Counted from the stretch's first letter, positions 18,598 through 28,538 are shown. The stretch: DNA of 64,000 bases from a virus (IMGVR_UViG_3300050122_000130:31489-95488), one strand, 5' to 3'. The notes: generated from the sequence alone by a model not told the origin. A program made the numbers and translations.

Positions 18598-20693
18598 CGG
18601 CGCATGCCCGCGGCTTTGGCGATAACCGCCTTGCTGATCTTCATCGGCAGCCTCGCGTGCGTTCGGTGCATGACCGCCAGCGCAAGCGCCATGACGCAGT
18701 CGTCGTTGAAGCCTTCGGGCGCGCTGTTATGCGTGGCAAACCCGGATGCGATGAATGTCTTTGTCGTTGTCCCGAGAGCTACCACTTCGCGGTCGCCAAG
18801 GTATTCAACCGACTCAATGGCTACTTTCTCATCGGTCCATAGCGCGCCAATTCGATTTGGATCAAACTTGGCTAGAAGTCGCTTCGGTCTAATGAGACCT
18901 AGAAATCGCAACACTTCTGCTTGACCGCCCTTCAGACTTAATCCGATTACGTCACGATTGGTGCCGCCACTCCCGCTTTCCGACCAATTAAATTGAAGCT
19001 TTGTCAGACAGGATCGCACCTCCTGCAGCATAGCGTTATCCCGCTGCGCCATTGAGACTCTGAACGTCGATCCATCTCGACCAATGCGATCCTGCTGCGA
19101 AAGAGAGCCTTCGCCATCGAAGGCACCGGCTAGATAACCAGCCTCATAAGAATTGAGAGATTGTCCCCACTCCTTCGCTACCCTGATTAGCTTATGCGGA
19201 ACGTGGCGTGGTGACTTGCTCGAGGATATACCTCGGAGTTGGGAAGTGGTCCGCCACTGCATCGGGCCATTGCTGCTTGCAGTCAGCCAGAGATGTTCCG
19301 ACGACGAAATAAATTCATGACCGTCTTCGAGCGTAATGCGGTGACATGGTCGCATAATTCTATCGGCATCGGTGACGGTCGAAGATCGCCACTTACGGAC
19401 CTTCTGTCTGCCGACCGGGTTCTCATCGAATGCGGTAAGACGATCACCGGGACGGAGCGAACCTACGGGCACATAACGAAGGTCGTCGGTAAGAACTGGG
19501 GTTTCTGCATCCATGCAGTACCTTACACCAGTTCTGGTGTACTCGTACTCGAAGATCTCGAGCTCGCGTTGGATGTTGCCCGCATGATCGTGCGGCAACG
19601 CGCCGTCCGGCGCAGCGGGGAATGCCACATCGCCAGATTGAATGGCGAGTGCGAGACCTTCCATCAAAAGCTGCTTTGACTTCGAACTGAAAATGAACTC
19701 TTCGACCTTCGAACCTGGTGTCTTCTGCAAGCGCTCCACGATTGGATCGCCGACACCGGTCGCGTCCGCCAGCGTCGGCGTATAACCAATCGACGCTTTT
19801 AGGATCGGGATCTGCTGCTCCCAACTCCCCTGCATGCGGATGAACTTCGTAAGCCGGCCATGCTCATCGAGACCGCAATCGACCGTCCAGTCCTGTTTCT
19901 TCGCAAAGTCGAGACCGTGCACCACCGATGCGCCGACTTGAATGCCGGGCAGATTGGCGCATGCCGCAATCGACTTGAGGCCAAAAGGATTGCCCTGATC
20001 GTCTGATGGCTCAGCGAGATAGAGCTCCTTGAAGACGGCGTCCGGCAGAACTTTCTTTGCGTCCGCGACTTCGTCTGCCTCGAGAACGTGCGCGGCGATC
20101 GCATCGATGGCTGTGATCTTGTGGTAGCCGAAGTTAGGCTCCTCACCCTTCTCAGCCTTGCGTGCGAGCTGATAGAACCAATTTCGCCGGCCTTTGACGT
20201 TGCCTATAATCCGGATCGGACCGCGGGTCGCGGTCAGTGTCGACCGAACGGCAAACCAAGCGTTCTCTTTCGTGCGGCTCGCCTCGTCCATCACCGCGGC
20301 ATAGACGTCCTCGCCGTAGAGCGAGTCCGGCTTGTCCGCCGATTTGAACCAGAGCACCGCGCCGTTGATCAGCGTGATGGTCTTGAGCGTTTGGTTCTCG
20401 GTGCGCAGCTCTTGCGGGATGGCGCGCAAGCATCGCCTGAAAGCGATATCGGCCTGTCCTGAGACCGGAGCTACCCACCAGTAATTCCAGCCCTCCTGAC
20501 CGTGGAACGCTTGCTCGCTGAACCAAACGATACAGCCCGATGTCTTGCCGGCCTTCGTCGAGGCCTCGATAAACGAATAGCGGCGATCGTCAAAGATCGC
20601 ATCGAGCTGTTTCGGATAGAGATACGGTCGCTCGTAATCGAGAAGAAATTCCTCGATATTGGCGACGGCGCCGACGGACGTAGCCTTGGCCAC
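18594..20693 (-). CDS. terL: Terminase large subunit containing an intein
   Basis: Walker A ASTKAGKT, Walker B VMDEA, nuclease GLDFAK..DWT, DATGVGD, DDCVMALALA. Confidence 0.92.
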   Translation of the reverse strand: MAKATSVGAVANIEEFLLDYERPYLYPKQLDAIFDDRRYSFIEASTKAGKTSGCIVWFSEQAFHGQEGWNYWWVAPVSGQADIAFRRCLRAIPQELRTENQTLKTITLINGAVLWFKSADKPDSLYGEDVYAAVMDEASRTKENAWFAVRSTLTATRGPIRIIGNVKGRRNWFYQLARKAEKGEEPNFGYHKITAIDAIAAHVLEADEVADAKKVLPDAVFKELYLAEPSDDQGNPFGLKSIAACANLPGIQVGASVVHGLDFAKKQDWTVDCGLDEHGRLTKFIRMQGSWEQQIPILKASIGYTPTLADATGVGDPIVERLQKTPGSKVEEFIFSSKSKQLLMEGLALAIQSGDVAFPAAPDGALPHDHAGNIQRELEIFEYEYTRTGVRYCMDAETPVLTDDLRYVPVGSLRPGDRLTAFDENPVGRQKVRKWRSSTVTDADRIMRPCHRITLEDGHEFISSSEHLWLTASSNGPMQWRTTSQLRGISSSKSPRHVPHKLIRVAKEWGQSLNSYEAGYLAGAFDGEGSLSQQDRIGRDGSTFRVSMAQRDNAMLQEVRSCLTKLQFNWSESGSGGTNRDVIGLSLKGGQAEVLRFLGLIRPKRLLAKFDPNRIGALWTDEKVAIESVEYLGDREVVALGTTTKTFIASGFATHNSAPEGFNDDCVMALALAVMHRTHARLPMKISKAVIAKAAGMRR
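18726..19517 (-). mobile_element. 264-aa intein with LAGLIDADG homing endonuclease
   Basis: N-terminal C (CMDAETPV), block B SSEHLW, YLAGAFDGEG, C-terminal THN followed by +1 Ser. Confidence 0.92.
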
Positions 20694-20697
20694 GCGA

Positions 20698-21195
20698 TTA
20701 GTTCTTCGCGGTTGTCGTCACCGACGAATTCGGTTTGACCGTGATGTGTCGCGGGGCCGGCCGGCCCTGGCCGTCGAAGATCGATATCGTGAACTTCCTC
20801 TTCAAGGGCCCGCGCGCCTCCGGCGCCGGCGCAGCCACATGGACAGGAGCAAACTTCGGGCTCTGGAAGTCCGCCAGCTCCGTCGCTGCCTTCAGCGCAA
20901 GCTTGGCGTACTTCTCAAACATCGGTTCGTCTTTGCTCGCAGCCCAGCGCTGCAGATCGTCCGGGCTGATAGGACCACCAGGTGTCGCCGGCGTCGGCTG
21001 GAACGCCCCAGCGATCCCCCCGAACATGTTCATGAACTCCTCGAGCACTTCCCGGCCCAGCTTCTGGCCCGGCCGACCCGCCTGCTCCGCGAGGATGCGC
21101 TCAGCGAGTGCGGCCTTCTCGATCGTGGCCCGATTGGGCTGCCCCTTCTTGCGACCACCGCCGCGGCGCTCGCCTGGCTTCGCTCCTCTTGGCAT
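20698..21195 (-). CDS. terS: Terminase small subunit (putative)
   Basis: MPRGAKPGERRGGGRKKGQPN N-terminus, A..LA.FQSPK motif; directly upstream of terL. Confidence 0.7.
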   Translation of the reverse strand: MPRGAKPGERRGGGRKKGQPNRATIEKAALAERILAEQAGRPGQKLGREVLEEFMNMFGGIAGAFQPTPATPGGPISPDDLQRWAASKDEPMFEKYAKLALKAATELADFQSPKFAPVHVAAPAPEARGPLKRKFTISIFDGQGRPAPRHITVKPNSSVTTTAKN

Positions 21196-21955
21196 GAGAC
21201 CGTCCAAAATTTGTAGGGATTGTAAACAAGAGCGGCTACGGCTGGTTTCGACGGAACCGGGACGAAGCCTACGCAGGATCCCAATCGGGCGCGACGTATG
21301 CGCTTTTGGGGAACTGCTGGAGCTGGTGGGCAACCTTATCTTGGCTCAGGCGAATGGAGCAGCCGAGCCACAGGCATTTGATGGGGTCCTGGCAGGTCAT
21401 GAAGCAGGCCTGTGGGAAGGCCGGGTGTCCAAGCAGATCGGTGGCGGGGCCTTGGGTGGCACTGGCAGGTGCGGGCGCATGGGCGCTCACCGTAGGGCCG
21501 ACTGGCATAGGTTTAAACGATATGGTGGGGTTCCCCCGCCAAGGGGCTCCGCCCCTTTACTGAGTGTTAAGCTTTCTCTGGCAGTTTGTGCACGGTCACG
21601 CAATCCCGCGCGACGATGATCGAATTAAGCATGGTGCACAAAATGGCCCAAAATATTAAGCGTCTTGCCTGCCTATGCGGCGCGGTCCGATTGGCCTGCG
21701 GGTGCTGCCATGGCACCTGTATGTGTCCGGCTCATAGCCCGGACCGCCGCTTCACTTGCCGCCCTAGCCACGGTCTCGCTGTCGCCGGTCCCCATCAGGA
21801 TCCCGTCAACATACCAGAGCCACCCGCCCGTCACCCCGCCACGGCCGGCGGCTTCCCGCACGTATAGCTGGTTCGGCCCGGCCGCCATATAGGCGCCGCG
21901 CGCCACGCCATGCGTACGGTCCCAAACAGGCATTCCGCTGGCCTCAAAATAGTTG

Positions 21956-21993
21956 TTGCACGGTGCAGTAAGTTACTATACCGTGAGTTTAGT
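21956..21993 (+). promoter_or_regulatory. Sigma70-like promoter with overlapping palindromic operator
   Basis: TTGCAC-N17-TACCGT; operator ACTATAC-CGTGA-GTTTAGT (21975-21993). Confidence 0.6.
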
Positions 21994-22030
21994 GGCGCTC
22001 AGGCCACTGGAATAGCCCGGAGGGCTCAAA

Positions 22031-22228
22031 ATGAAACTCACCCAATCCCACCTCTTCAAAGCCGGGGCACGCCTTTGGCGGACTGGCTACTGCACTCCAG
22101 CCGAAGTCCGCGCGTGGGGAGCTACCCTTACCGCAGCTCAGCTCGCTAATGTCATGGCCGGTTACACGGCCGAAAAGAAACTGTCCAGCCGCGGCTCGCG
22201 CGCTGGTCGTCCCCTTGGAAAGGCTTGA
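22031..22228 (+). CDS. Hypothetical protein
   Basis: First ORF after the promoter, GGAG RBS. Confidence 0.55.
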   Translation: MKLTQSHLFKAGARLWRTGYCTPAEVRAWGATLTAAQLANVMAGYTAEKKLSSRGSRAGRPLGKA

Positions 22229-22232
22229 TCCT

Positions 22233-22682
22233 ATGAACAACCGCTTCACCGAACTTCTAGCCATATTCGAGAGCGATGCTTCGAACCGCTCGCTCGAGAT
22301 CAGCGGCAAGCGCCGCGACACTGTGATCGAGGCGCTGCGCGTCGCAGCGGCTTCTATCCTCGCCCCAATCGAGAATGCCAGCGATATCGAAAAGAAGATC
22401 GCAGGCAAACTCATCACCGACGTTCTGGCTGCCGGCTATTCCGTCTCGGTCTGGAATGGCGGCGACGATGCCGAGATCAAACTGTCCTCCGACGCTGAGA
22501 CGATCTTTAAGGCGATGGCTGCTTCGGATCAGGACGAGCTCGTCATCTTCAAGAACAACCGCCGGTGCGGTTGGATCAGGCTTGTGTATGGCAATGACGT
22601 CGACATCATTAGCGATTACACCACCAACCTAGAAACTGTCTTGGCCGGCGCTAACGCGCTTGCCAACGAACTCGATAGCTAA
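22233..22682 (+). CDS. Hypothetical phage protein
   Basis: GWIRLVYGND.D.ISDY-type C-terminal motif. Confidence 0.6.
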   Translation: MNNRFTELLAIFESDASNRSLEISGKRRDTVIEALRVAAASILAPIENASDIEKKIAGKLITDVLAAGYSVSVWNGGDDAEIKLSSDAETIFKAMAASDQDELVIFKNNRRCGWIRLVYGNDVDIISDYTTNLETVLAGANALANELDS

Positions 22683-22983
22683 AATCCCGCAACCGACAAT
22701 TGGAGGAAGCCAAATGTCCCTACTGAATTTTGCCTTACTGATTTCACCGCTCGCTGCGATTGGCGCGCTCGCCATGCTGTTCGTCGTCATCGCGGTGCAC
22801 TGACATGACGAAGATCGACATTCGCTACGCCGACAAGAATTTCCTCGAAGCAATGGCGCTGTCACTTGCTCGCGATATCGATCGCGGCGAAACTGACAAG
22901 CGTCCTCTTCTCGAGCAGGTACTTGCTCAAATTCCAAACGCGGCCGATTACGTCATCGACCATAGACAATCGGGATATCGCCG

Positions 22984-23406
22984 ATGACGGCTCAGATCAC
23001 AGCTCCCGACCGAGCCTTGAAGTTCATGCTTGCCGGTAAAGCCACTTTCACCGTGCGCAGCGAGAAAACCGGCGAACACCTGACCTATCAGGTGCGCGAG
23101 TGGAAAAAATCCAGATACGGCACGATGCATTTCGTGAGCGTGCGGACCGGTAACGACTACGCGAAGATCGGTCTGCTACGCCATGGCTGCGATTTCAGCA
23201 GCGGTCGCAAGGCCGATCTTCCTTTCGACGACGCTCGAGTCCGTGCCTTTCGCTATGTGCTTGGCCATCTACTGCAGAAGAATCTACCGCCAAAGGCCGC
23301 GATCTGGCACGAAGGCGCGTGCGGCCGGTGCGGCAAACCTCTTACGGATCCAACCAGCATCGCTGCTGGCTTGGGGCCTGAATGCCGAAAGAAGATGGAG
23401 CCATGA
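22984..23406 (+). CDS. DUF6011-like Zn-ribbon protein
   Basis: AG.ATFT..S.KTG...TY, HEGACGRCGKPLTDP.SI..G.GPEC. Confidence 0.75.
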   Translation: MTAQITAPDRALKFMLAGKATFTVRSEKTGEHLTYQVREWKKSRYGTMHFVSVRTGNDYAKIGLLRHGCDFSSGRKADLPFDDARVRAFRYVLGHLLQKNLPPKAAIWHEGACGRCGKPLTDPTSIAAGLGPECRKKMEP

Positions 23407-23957
23407 AATTGCAGACACCCTGCCCAACGTGCGCCGGCATGAAAGATCAGCGCTCGGTCCAATGCCGAGAGTGCCGTGATCGACCTGAAGCCGTATCTCG
23501 TACCTGCACTAAATGCAAAAAGGCAAAGCCTCTCGATCAATTCAGGATCAGGACGCGCAAGACCCCGCGCCCTCGTTCAGTTTGCATGAAATGCGAGGCC
23601 GCATACACCCGCTCGCTTCGACAGTCACTGCCCATTGAGGAGAGACGACGCCGAAAAGTCCTCGCCAGCGCAAAGGAAAAACTCTCTCCAAAATACCGCG
23701 CTCGGCTACTCAGAACTTCCATCAAACTGCTCGGGCTCGACTCCGAAAAAGACTTAATCTTGGCTGCGCTAGAAAAACAAAAAGTCTGCGCAATCTGCCA
23801 CAATGCGCCGCGCGGAAGACTTCGCATCGATCACAACCACAGCACCGGAAAATATCGGGGTCTGCTGTGCGATAACTGCAACATCGGTCTCGGACACTTC
23901 AAGGATTCGCCAGAGCTATTGCGCAAGGCAATCCGCTATCTAAAGGAACGCACCTGA
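23403..23957 (+). CDS. Endonuclease VII-family homing endonuclease
   Basis: CAIC...IDHNH.TG..RGLLC..CN..LG.FKD. Confidence 0.85.
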   Translation: MKLQTPCPTCAGMKDQRSVQCRECRDRPEAVSRTCTKCKKAKPLDQFRIRTRKTPRPRSVCMKCEAAYTRSLRQSLPIEERRRRKVLASAKEKLSPKYRARLLRTSIKLLGLDSEKDLILAALEKQKVCAICHNAPRGRLRIDHNHSTGKYRGLLCDNCNIGLGHFKDSPELLRKAIRYLKERT

Positions 23958-24196
23958 TGCCTAAGCCCCTCACGAAACCGCCGCTCTATCGTCTCACACT
24001 CACGATGGACGCAGTCAAAGCCGCGGTATGCGGCCCTAACAAAAAACTATTTAAGCCGTCTCGAAGCGCGCTCAGACTCGACGGCCGTATCGACGTCGGC
24101 ATCAGCTTCGGTCTACTGGACCAACTCCAGACCGCAGCACTCCCGAAAGAAAATCTTTCGGATACCGTGCTCCGTATCATGGCGCCGAAGTCGTGA
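23957..24196 (+). CDS. Hypothetical protein
   Basis: TGATG-coupled ORF. Confidence 0.5.
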   Translation: MPKPLTKPPLYRLTLTMDAVKAAVCGPNKKLFKPSRSALRLDGRIDVGISFGLLDQLQTAALPKENLSDTVLRIMAPKS

Positions 24197-24358
24197 ATGA
24201 TCTCGCTGACGTATCCCGCAATCTGGCTCAGGCGATGGCAGAACATCGCCGGGCGCTTGCTGACGAAAACAAGAACGCATCGAAATTCACCAGGAACGCG
24301 ATCAAGATCTTCCTCTGGGATCATCGCGACGACATTGTCGAGGCATTGTCTATCGCCA

Positions 24359-25624
24359 CTAAGCGGCAACCTTGGATCGCTCTTTCTCAATCTGATCGAA
24401 CGTCTTCTTCGAACCCTGTAGCGTTGCCTTCTGACCTGAAAATTTCATCCAGCGACGAACGCACAGATCCACATACGGAGGATTGAGCTCGCACGCGAGA
24501 CAAACGCGGCCGGTAGTCTCGGCCGCGATAATCATCGTACCACTGCCGCAGTACGGTTCGAACACGGCATCACCGCCGTCCGAGTAAAGCCGCAGGATCC
24601 TGTTCAGCAGCTCGACGGGCTTCGCCCATGGCACCGGCCGATCCCAATGGCCGGTCGAGAACAGTTTGCTGTAATCCTCCTGCTCGAGGCCGCGCCGCGG
24701 CGCCAGATTGCCGATCAACACCACGTAATCCAGATCAGGCATCAGGTGTCCGTTGTGCGCCGGCGCCGGATATTTCCGATGCAGCACCGCAACGTCCCAA
24801 TTCAGCTTTTTCTCACGCGCCAGGTCCAGGTAATCGGCGAGCAGCCGCTTCGAGGTGAAGATCACGTTGGTCTCGCGCAGCGGCACTAGCTCGGAGACTT
24901 TGAAGTCGCCCAAACTGGCTTCAGCGATCTTTTGTCCACGGCGAATATGCGTTGTCTTCCCATGAAGACCGCCACCCTGCGTTTCTAGGCTATACGGCGG
25001 ATCGGTCGCCATCAGCTTAGGAACATCATCCCCGAGCAGCTTCTTTACCACCTTCGCGTCTGTCGCGTCGCCGCAGATCAGCCGATGCTTGCCCATCACC
25101 CAGACATCGCCAGGCTTCGAGATCGCCGGTGCCAGGTCAGGCAGATCGTCCGGCGTGCCATTGCCGGCGCTGCCGCCGACGAACGTCGCCAGGCGCACGT
25201 TGCTGAACCCGGTCAGATGCAGCGGATAATCCAACTTCGCGAGCGTCGTGAGGCCCACGCGCAGTAGCTTATTGTCAAACCCTGTCATCGCTGGCAGCGA
25301 GTTGTCGCTGATAACCACGGCCCATTTCTGCGCCGGCGAGAGGCCCTTGCGCATGATCGTCGGGACTTGGGTCAGGTCCGCCTTGCGCGCAGCGAGGTGC
25401 CGACCGTGGCCCTTCAGGATCGTGTTGTTCTCGTCGACCAGGATGGGCTGATCGAAACCGAATTCCTTGATGTTCGCCGCAATCGCCGCGACCTGCTCCG
25501 GAGTGTGGATCTTCGGATTGTTCGGGAACGCGACGAGATCTTCGACTTTGCGCAGGACAATTTCGTCCGCGGTGAATTTCAGAACGGCATCGACCGTCCT
25601 GCGCTTTGTCGAAGGCTTCGCCAT
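24359..25624 (-). CDS. ParB-like N-terminal domain fused to a DNA amino-methyltransferase (N6A/N4C, beta class)
   Basis: NPKIH..EQ...I..FGF..PILVD...GHGR; TDPPY, KPVEL, EPYCGSGT. Confidence 0.88.
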   Translation of the reverse strand: MAKPSTKRRTVDAVLKFTADEIVLRKVEDLVAFPNNPKIHTPEQVAAIAANIKEFGFDQPILVDENNTILKGHGRHLAARKADLTQVPTIMRKGLSPAQKWAVVISDNSLPAMTGFDNKLLRVGLTTLAKLDYPLHLTGFSNVRLATFVGGSAGNGTPDDLPDLAPAISKPGDVWVMGKHRLICGDATDAKVVKKLLGDDVPKLMATDPPYSLETQGGGLHGKTTHIRRGQKIAEASLGDFKVSELVPLRETNVIFTSKRLLADYLDLAREKKLNWDVAVLHRKYPAPAHNGHLMPDLDYVVLIGNLAPRRGLEQEDYSKLFSTGHWDRPVPWAKPVELLNRILRLYSDGGDAVFEPYCGSGTMIIAAETTGRVCLACELNPPYVDLCVRRWMKFSGQKATLQGSKKTFDQIEKERSKVAA

Positions 25625-25878
25625 TACGCGGTGGGAGCGGCCGGAGTCGTGTTGGCGGGAATCGCGGGCGCCAAAGCGGCGGCCGACGACTGAAGATCCT
25701 GCACCGCCTGGATCAGAGCGGCCTTGTCTTCCGGCGTATCGCCGGCGTTCGCGATCTGCGTCTGGAGCGCGGTGATCTGCGCGGACAGACCGGACAGCGC
25801 CGCAGCGGCCGCTGCCTCGATGCTCTTCTGAGCGGTGACTTGCGCAACGAGCGCTTGGGCTTCTGCTGTAAGGGCCAT
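25624..25878 (-). CDS. Small Ala-rich coiled-coil protein
   Basis: ATG 25878 with AGGAG RBS. Confidence 0.6.
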   Translation of the reverse strand: MALTAEAQALVAQVTAQKSIEAAAAAALSGLSAQITALQTQIANAGDTPEDKAALIQAVQDLQSSAAALAPAIPANTTPAAPTA

Positions 25879-26082
25879 GAGTAATCTCCTTGTTTCGTTC
25901 TGGTTGCTGATGATCAGCGAGCGGAGACTCGTGGGCCATTTGATGTTGAACATCCGCACGCCCTCACTAATGCTTGGAACAGTGACGCCGTTCCCTGCGG
26001 TCCAGAAACGTTGACGGTAATCCGTGTTGCAATTTTTGTAAAAGTGCCGGAACCGCTGTCTTCGAAACCGAACGGTAAACTC

Positions 26083-26478
26083 TCAGCGGCTTGCGGCCGC
26101 AACCTGCCTTGAACCATCGCGGCGCTTGGTCAGCAAGCCGCGTTTCTCAGCCCAGAGTTTGATACGGTGTCGCATCTTGCGCCAGGCCGTCGTATCAATC
26201 GAGCTGTCCTGGTCGATCAGACTGCCATGTCGATCGAACAGATGATTGTGCCAGGCTTCCGAATTCGCGGCCGCCACGTCCTTTAGCATTTCACCGTCGA
26301 GCTCCACGAGCTCGAGGCGGTCCTCGATCCTGCTTGCCCTCATTGAGAGCGTTTTCGAATCGGCGAAGCCGCCCTGCTTCTGCATATGCTCGATCTGCCA
26401 GACCGCGTTCTTGAGACCAGCCTCCAGGGTAACTATCCGCTGCTCCTGGGAGAGCTGGGGCTTCTTGTCGTCCGCCAT
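26083..26478 (-). CDS. Hypothetical protein
   Basis: 131-aa ORF after the leader region. Confidence 0.6.
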   Translation of the reverse strand: MADDKKPQLSQEQRIVTLEAGLKNAVWQIEHMQKQGGFADSKTLSMRASRIEDRLELVELDGEMLKDVAAANSEAWHNHLFDRHGSLIDQDSSIDTTAWRKMRHRIKLWAEKRGLLTKRRDGSRQVAAASR

Positions 26479-26492
26479 GTGATGCCTTCAGA

Positions 26493-26528
26493 AACAACGA
26501 AACCCGGCACCTGGGGGAGGGTGCCGGG
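26493..26528 (-). terminator. Leader terminator-like hairpin
   Basis: On -: CCCGGCACC-CTCCCCCA-GGTGCCGGG-TTTCGTTGTTT, about 85 nt downstream of TTGACA (26618-26613). Confidence 0.55.
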
Positions 26529-26648
26529 CTTGCGCCGGGATGGGAAACTTGCTGGTCGACCCAATACCCCTTTCGGGGCTCGCACGCGGATGAGTGTCGC
26601 AAACTGTAGCGGTGTCAATCCCCATTTCCGCCACTATTGACCAAAATC

Positions 26649-26740
26649 GGATACAAAAACCGGGTACATAGGGGTACGAAGTGGGTACGCGGACTATCAA
26701 AAAATGATGCAAATATAATATGTTAACATTTTTCGTATCC
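26649..26740. repeat. GG(G/A)TAC repeat array, copy A
   Basis: Direct copies at 26649, 26662, 26672, 26683; inverted TTTCGTATCC at 26731-26740. Confidence 0.7.
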
Positions 26741-26853
26741 TGTTCGTGCGACTTTTTTGAAAAAATGGCCGAACTTTTACCAATCCCATGCCTGTAGAAG
26801 GCCAATTGCCGGGCCTACGAGCGCCACCGGCGCGTCTATTCCGAATCGGCCTA

Positions 26854-27258
26854 TCAGACGCCAGCCTCGAAGACAGGCACGCCCGCGGCCCGCGCTTGCG
26901 CCACCATGTTCGCGGTTCCGTCGTGGCCTGGGAATGCAACGACGCGGTCCGGCCTGCCCTCGGTCAGCATCCGCTTGTTCCGGATCGGACCGCCTCCACG
27001 GCCCTTTCGCCAGTCCGCCTTGAAGACCTGGACGGAGATGCCCTTACGCACCGCCCAGGCGCCGGCGAGACTGTCGGCGCCTTTGGCGCCTCCGTGGATC
27101 AGCACCGAGATCGGTTCCTTGGCGTGCAGGCAGTCCAGCGTCTCGTTGACAAAGAACGCCTCTCTGCTCGACCGTTCAAGCCAATAGCGCGTTTGATCGA
27201 GGGGATAGCCATCTGGCATCACGCCGTATCCGCGGCCGCCGCACACGAGCAAACGCAT
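26854..27258 (-). CDS. DUF2493 / YspA-like SLOG family protein
   Basis: LVCGGR, IHGGAKGADSLA..WA, ADW....GPIRN..ML, VAFPG..GT..M. Confidence 0.85.
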   Translation of the reverse strand: MRLLVCGGRGYGVMPDGYPLDQTRYWLERSSREAFFVNETLDCLHAKEPISVLIHGGAKGADSLAGAWAVRKGISVQVFKADWRKGRGGGPIRNKRMLTEGRPDRVVAFPGHDGTANMVAQARAAGVPVFEAGV

Positions 27259-27701
27259 CAGAAGGGAATCTCGTCGTCGACCGAAGTCCCTCCGCCGGCA
27301 TCGGAAGTTTTGGCGGTACCGTAATCGTCTTCGCTCGGCGCTCCGCGACCACCTCCGGAGGACGTCAGGTTCAGCAGCTTCGATCCGAACCCGCTCAGCA
27401 CCACGTCCGTCGAGTAATGCGTGGCCCCGTCTTTTTCGTATTTCCGGGTTTTCTGCTTTCCCTCGACGTAGACCTTCATGCCCTTCTTGAGATACTTCTC
27501 GGCGTACTCGACCGATTGCTTGTCGAAGATCACCACCCGATGCCAGTCGGTCTGCTCCTTGCGCTCTCCGGTCGTCTTATCGCGCCAGCTCTCGCTGGTC
27601 GCCACCGATAGCCGAACCACCTTGCGATCGCCGGTACCGTTGATATCCGGATCCTGACCGAGATTTCCGATCAGTACCACCAAGTTGACTGAGCCAGCCA
27701 T
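27258..27701 (-). CDS. ssb: Single-stranded DNA-binding protein
   Basis: VN.V.LIGNLG.DP, ATSESWRDK.TGE..E.T.WHRVV, DDEIPF tail. Confidence 0.95.
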   Translation of the reverse strand: MAGSVNLVVLIGNLGQDPDINGTGDRKVVRLSVATSESWRDKTTGERKEQTDWHRVVIFDKQSVEYAEKYLKKGMKVYVEGKQKTRKYEKDGATHYSTDVVLSGFGSKLLNLTSSGGGRGAPSEDDYGTAKTSDAGGGTSVDDEIPF

Positions 27702-27702
27702 T

Positions 27703-28107
27703 TCACCCTCCGCGCACATGAAGCCGGATCACTTCGATCGCGGCGTGATCATTGCCGGTCAACCCCCATAGCACGAGGGCCAGCAGGAAAGGATCGATAC
27801 GATACATCGACCAGAAGTTCTTTTCCGATCCCATGCTGTGCTGCTGGTCGTGGTGCACTCGACAACCAGGAAGCGTCCACCGATCGTCAGACTTTCGCTG
27901 GCCGCCGGTTTCCTCTTTGCCATGCAATAGGCTGCTGGTGCGGATATGCATCGGATCTTCAGCGGTCTTGAGAATGCCCTTCGTCGCACAACATATGCAC
28001 GGCAATCCCTTGATGAAGTCCAGGTGCGATCGCTTCTGCACGCGAGGCGTGCGCTCAGGCTTCAGCCTCGATCCCCATCCGCCTTCTGGAATGATACGAG
28101 ATGCCAT
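27703..28107 (-). CDS. DUF968-like Zn/HNH-type protein
   Basis: HLDFI..LPC..C, DP.H, K.DD.WTLP.C..HH..QH. Confidence 0.7.
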   Translation of the reverse strand: MASRIIPEGGWGSRLKPERTPRVQKRSHLDFIKGLPCICCATKGILKTAEDPMHIRTSSLLHGKEETGGQRKSDDRWTLPGCRVHHDQQHSMGSEKNFWSMYRIDPFLLALVLWGLTGNDHAAIEVIRLHVRGG

Positions 28108-28538
28108 TAGCTAAAATCGACTCCATCCCAACTTTGATCTTTCACGATGAGGTCAATAGCTTTGACAACTCCGTCGTAATTGAAGTTTTTGCAGATGGAC
28201 TGCAACTCCTTCAATCGATTGACCATCCGCGCATTGCGCTCCATCGATTGCTGAAGTTGCTTGGCGTACGACGCCATCGATCTACCGGTTGCGGTATCCT
28301 TCGGCGCCCACGCATGAATGTCTTTCACCGCGAAGGTGCGCATATCGTCTTTCGCGACGTCGTAAGCATCGAGAAGCCACTGCTCCTCCGGATGCCATTC
28401 CGTTGAACCAAATCTAAAAGCACCTTGGGTCAAAGGAACAATCTCTCGGATAGAGCGCACGCCAGCATGATTCGTGTAATCGATCCGAACGTTACCGGGC
28501 TTGAATGGTAGATCGCTCAATGCCGTATCTCCTTGCAT
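28107..28538 (-). CDS. Stand-alone WYL-domain protein
   Basis: IDYTN..G..S.R.I.P....FG.TEWHPE.QWLL.AYD..K...RTF. Confidence 0.75.
   Translation of the reverse strand: MQGDTALSDLPFKPGNVRIDYTNHAGVRSIREIVPLTQGAFRFGSTEWHPEEQWLLDAYDVAKDDMRTFAVKDIHAWAPKDTATGRSMASYAKQLQQSMERNARMVNRLKELQSICKNFNYDGVVKAIDLIVKDQSWDGVDFS

Noticed and set aside
26649-26740. CRISPR mini-array or attP core
   Set aside because: Repeats are only 6-8 bp with 4-7 bp gaps; no cas or integrase gene and no tRNA-derived core in the window
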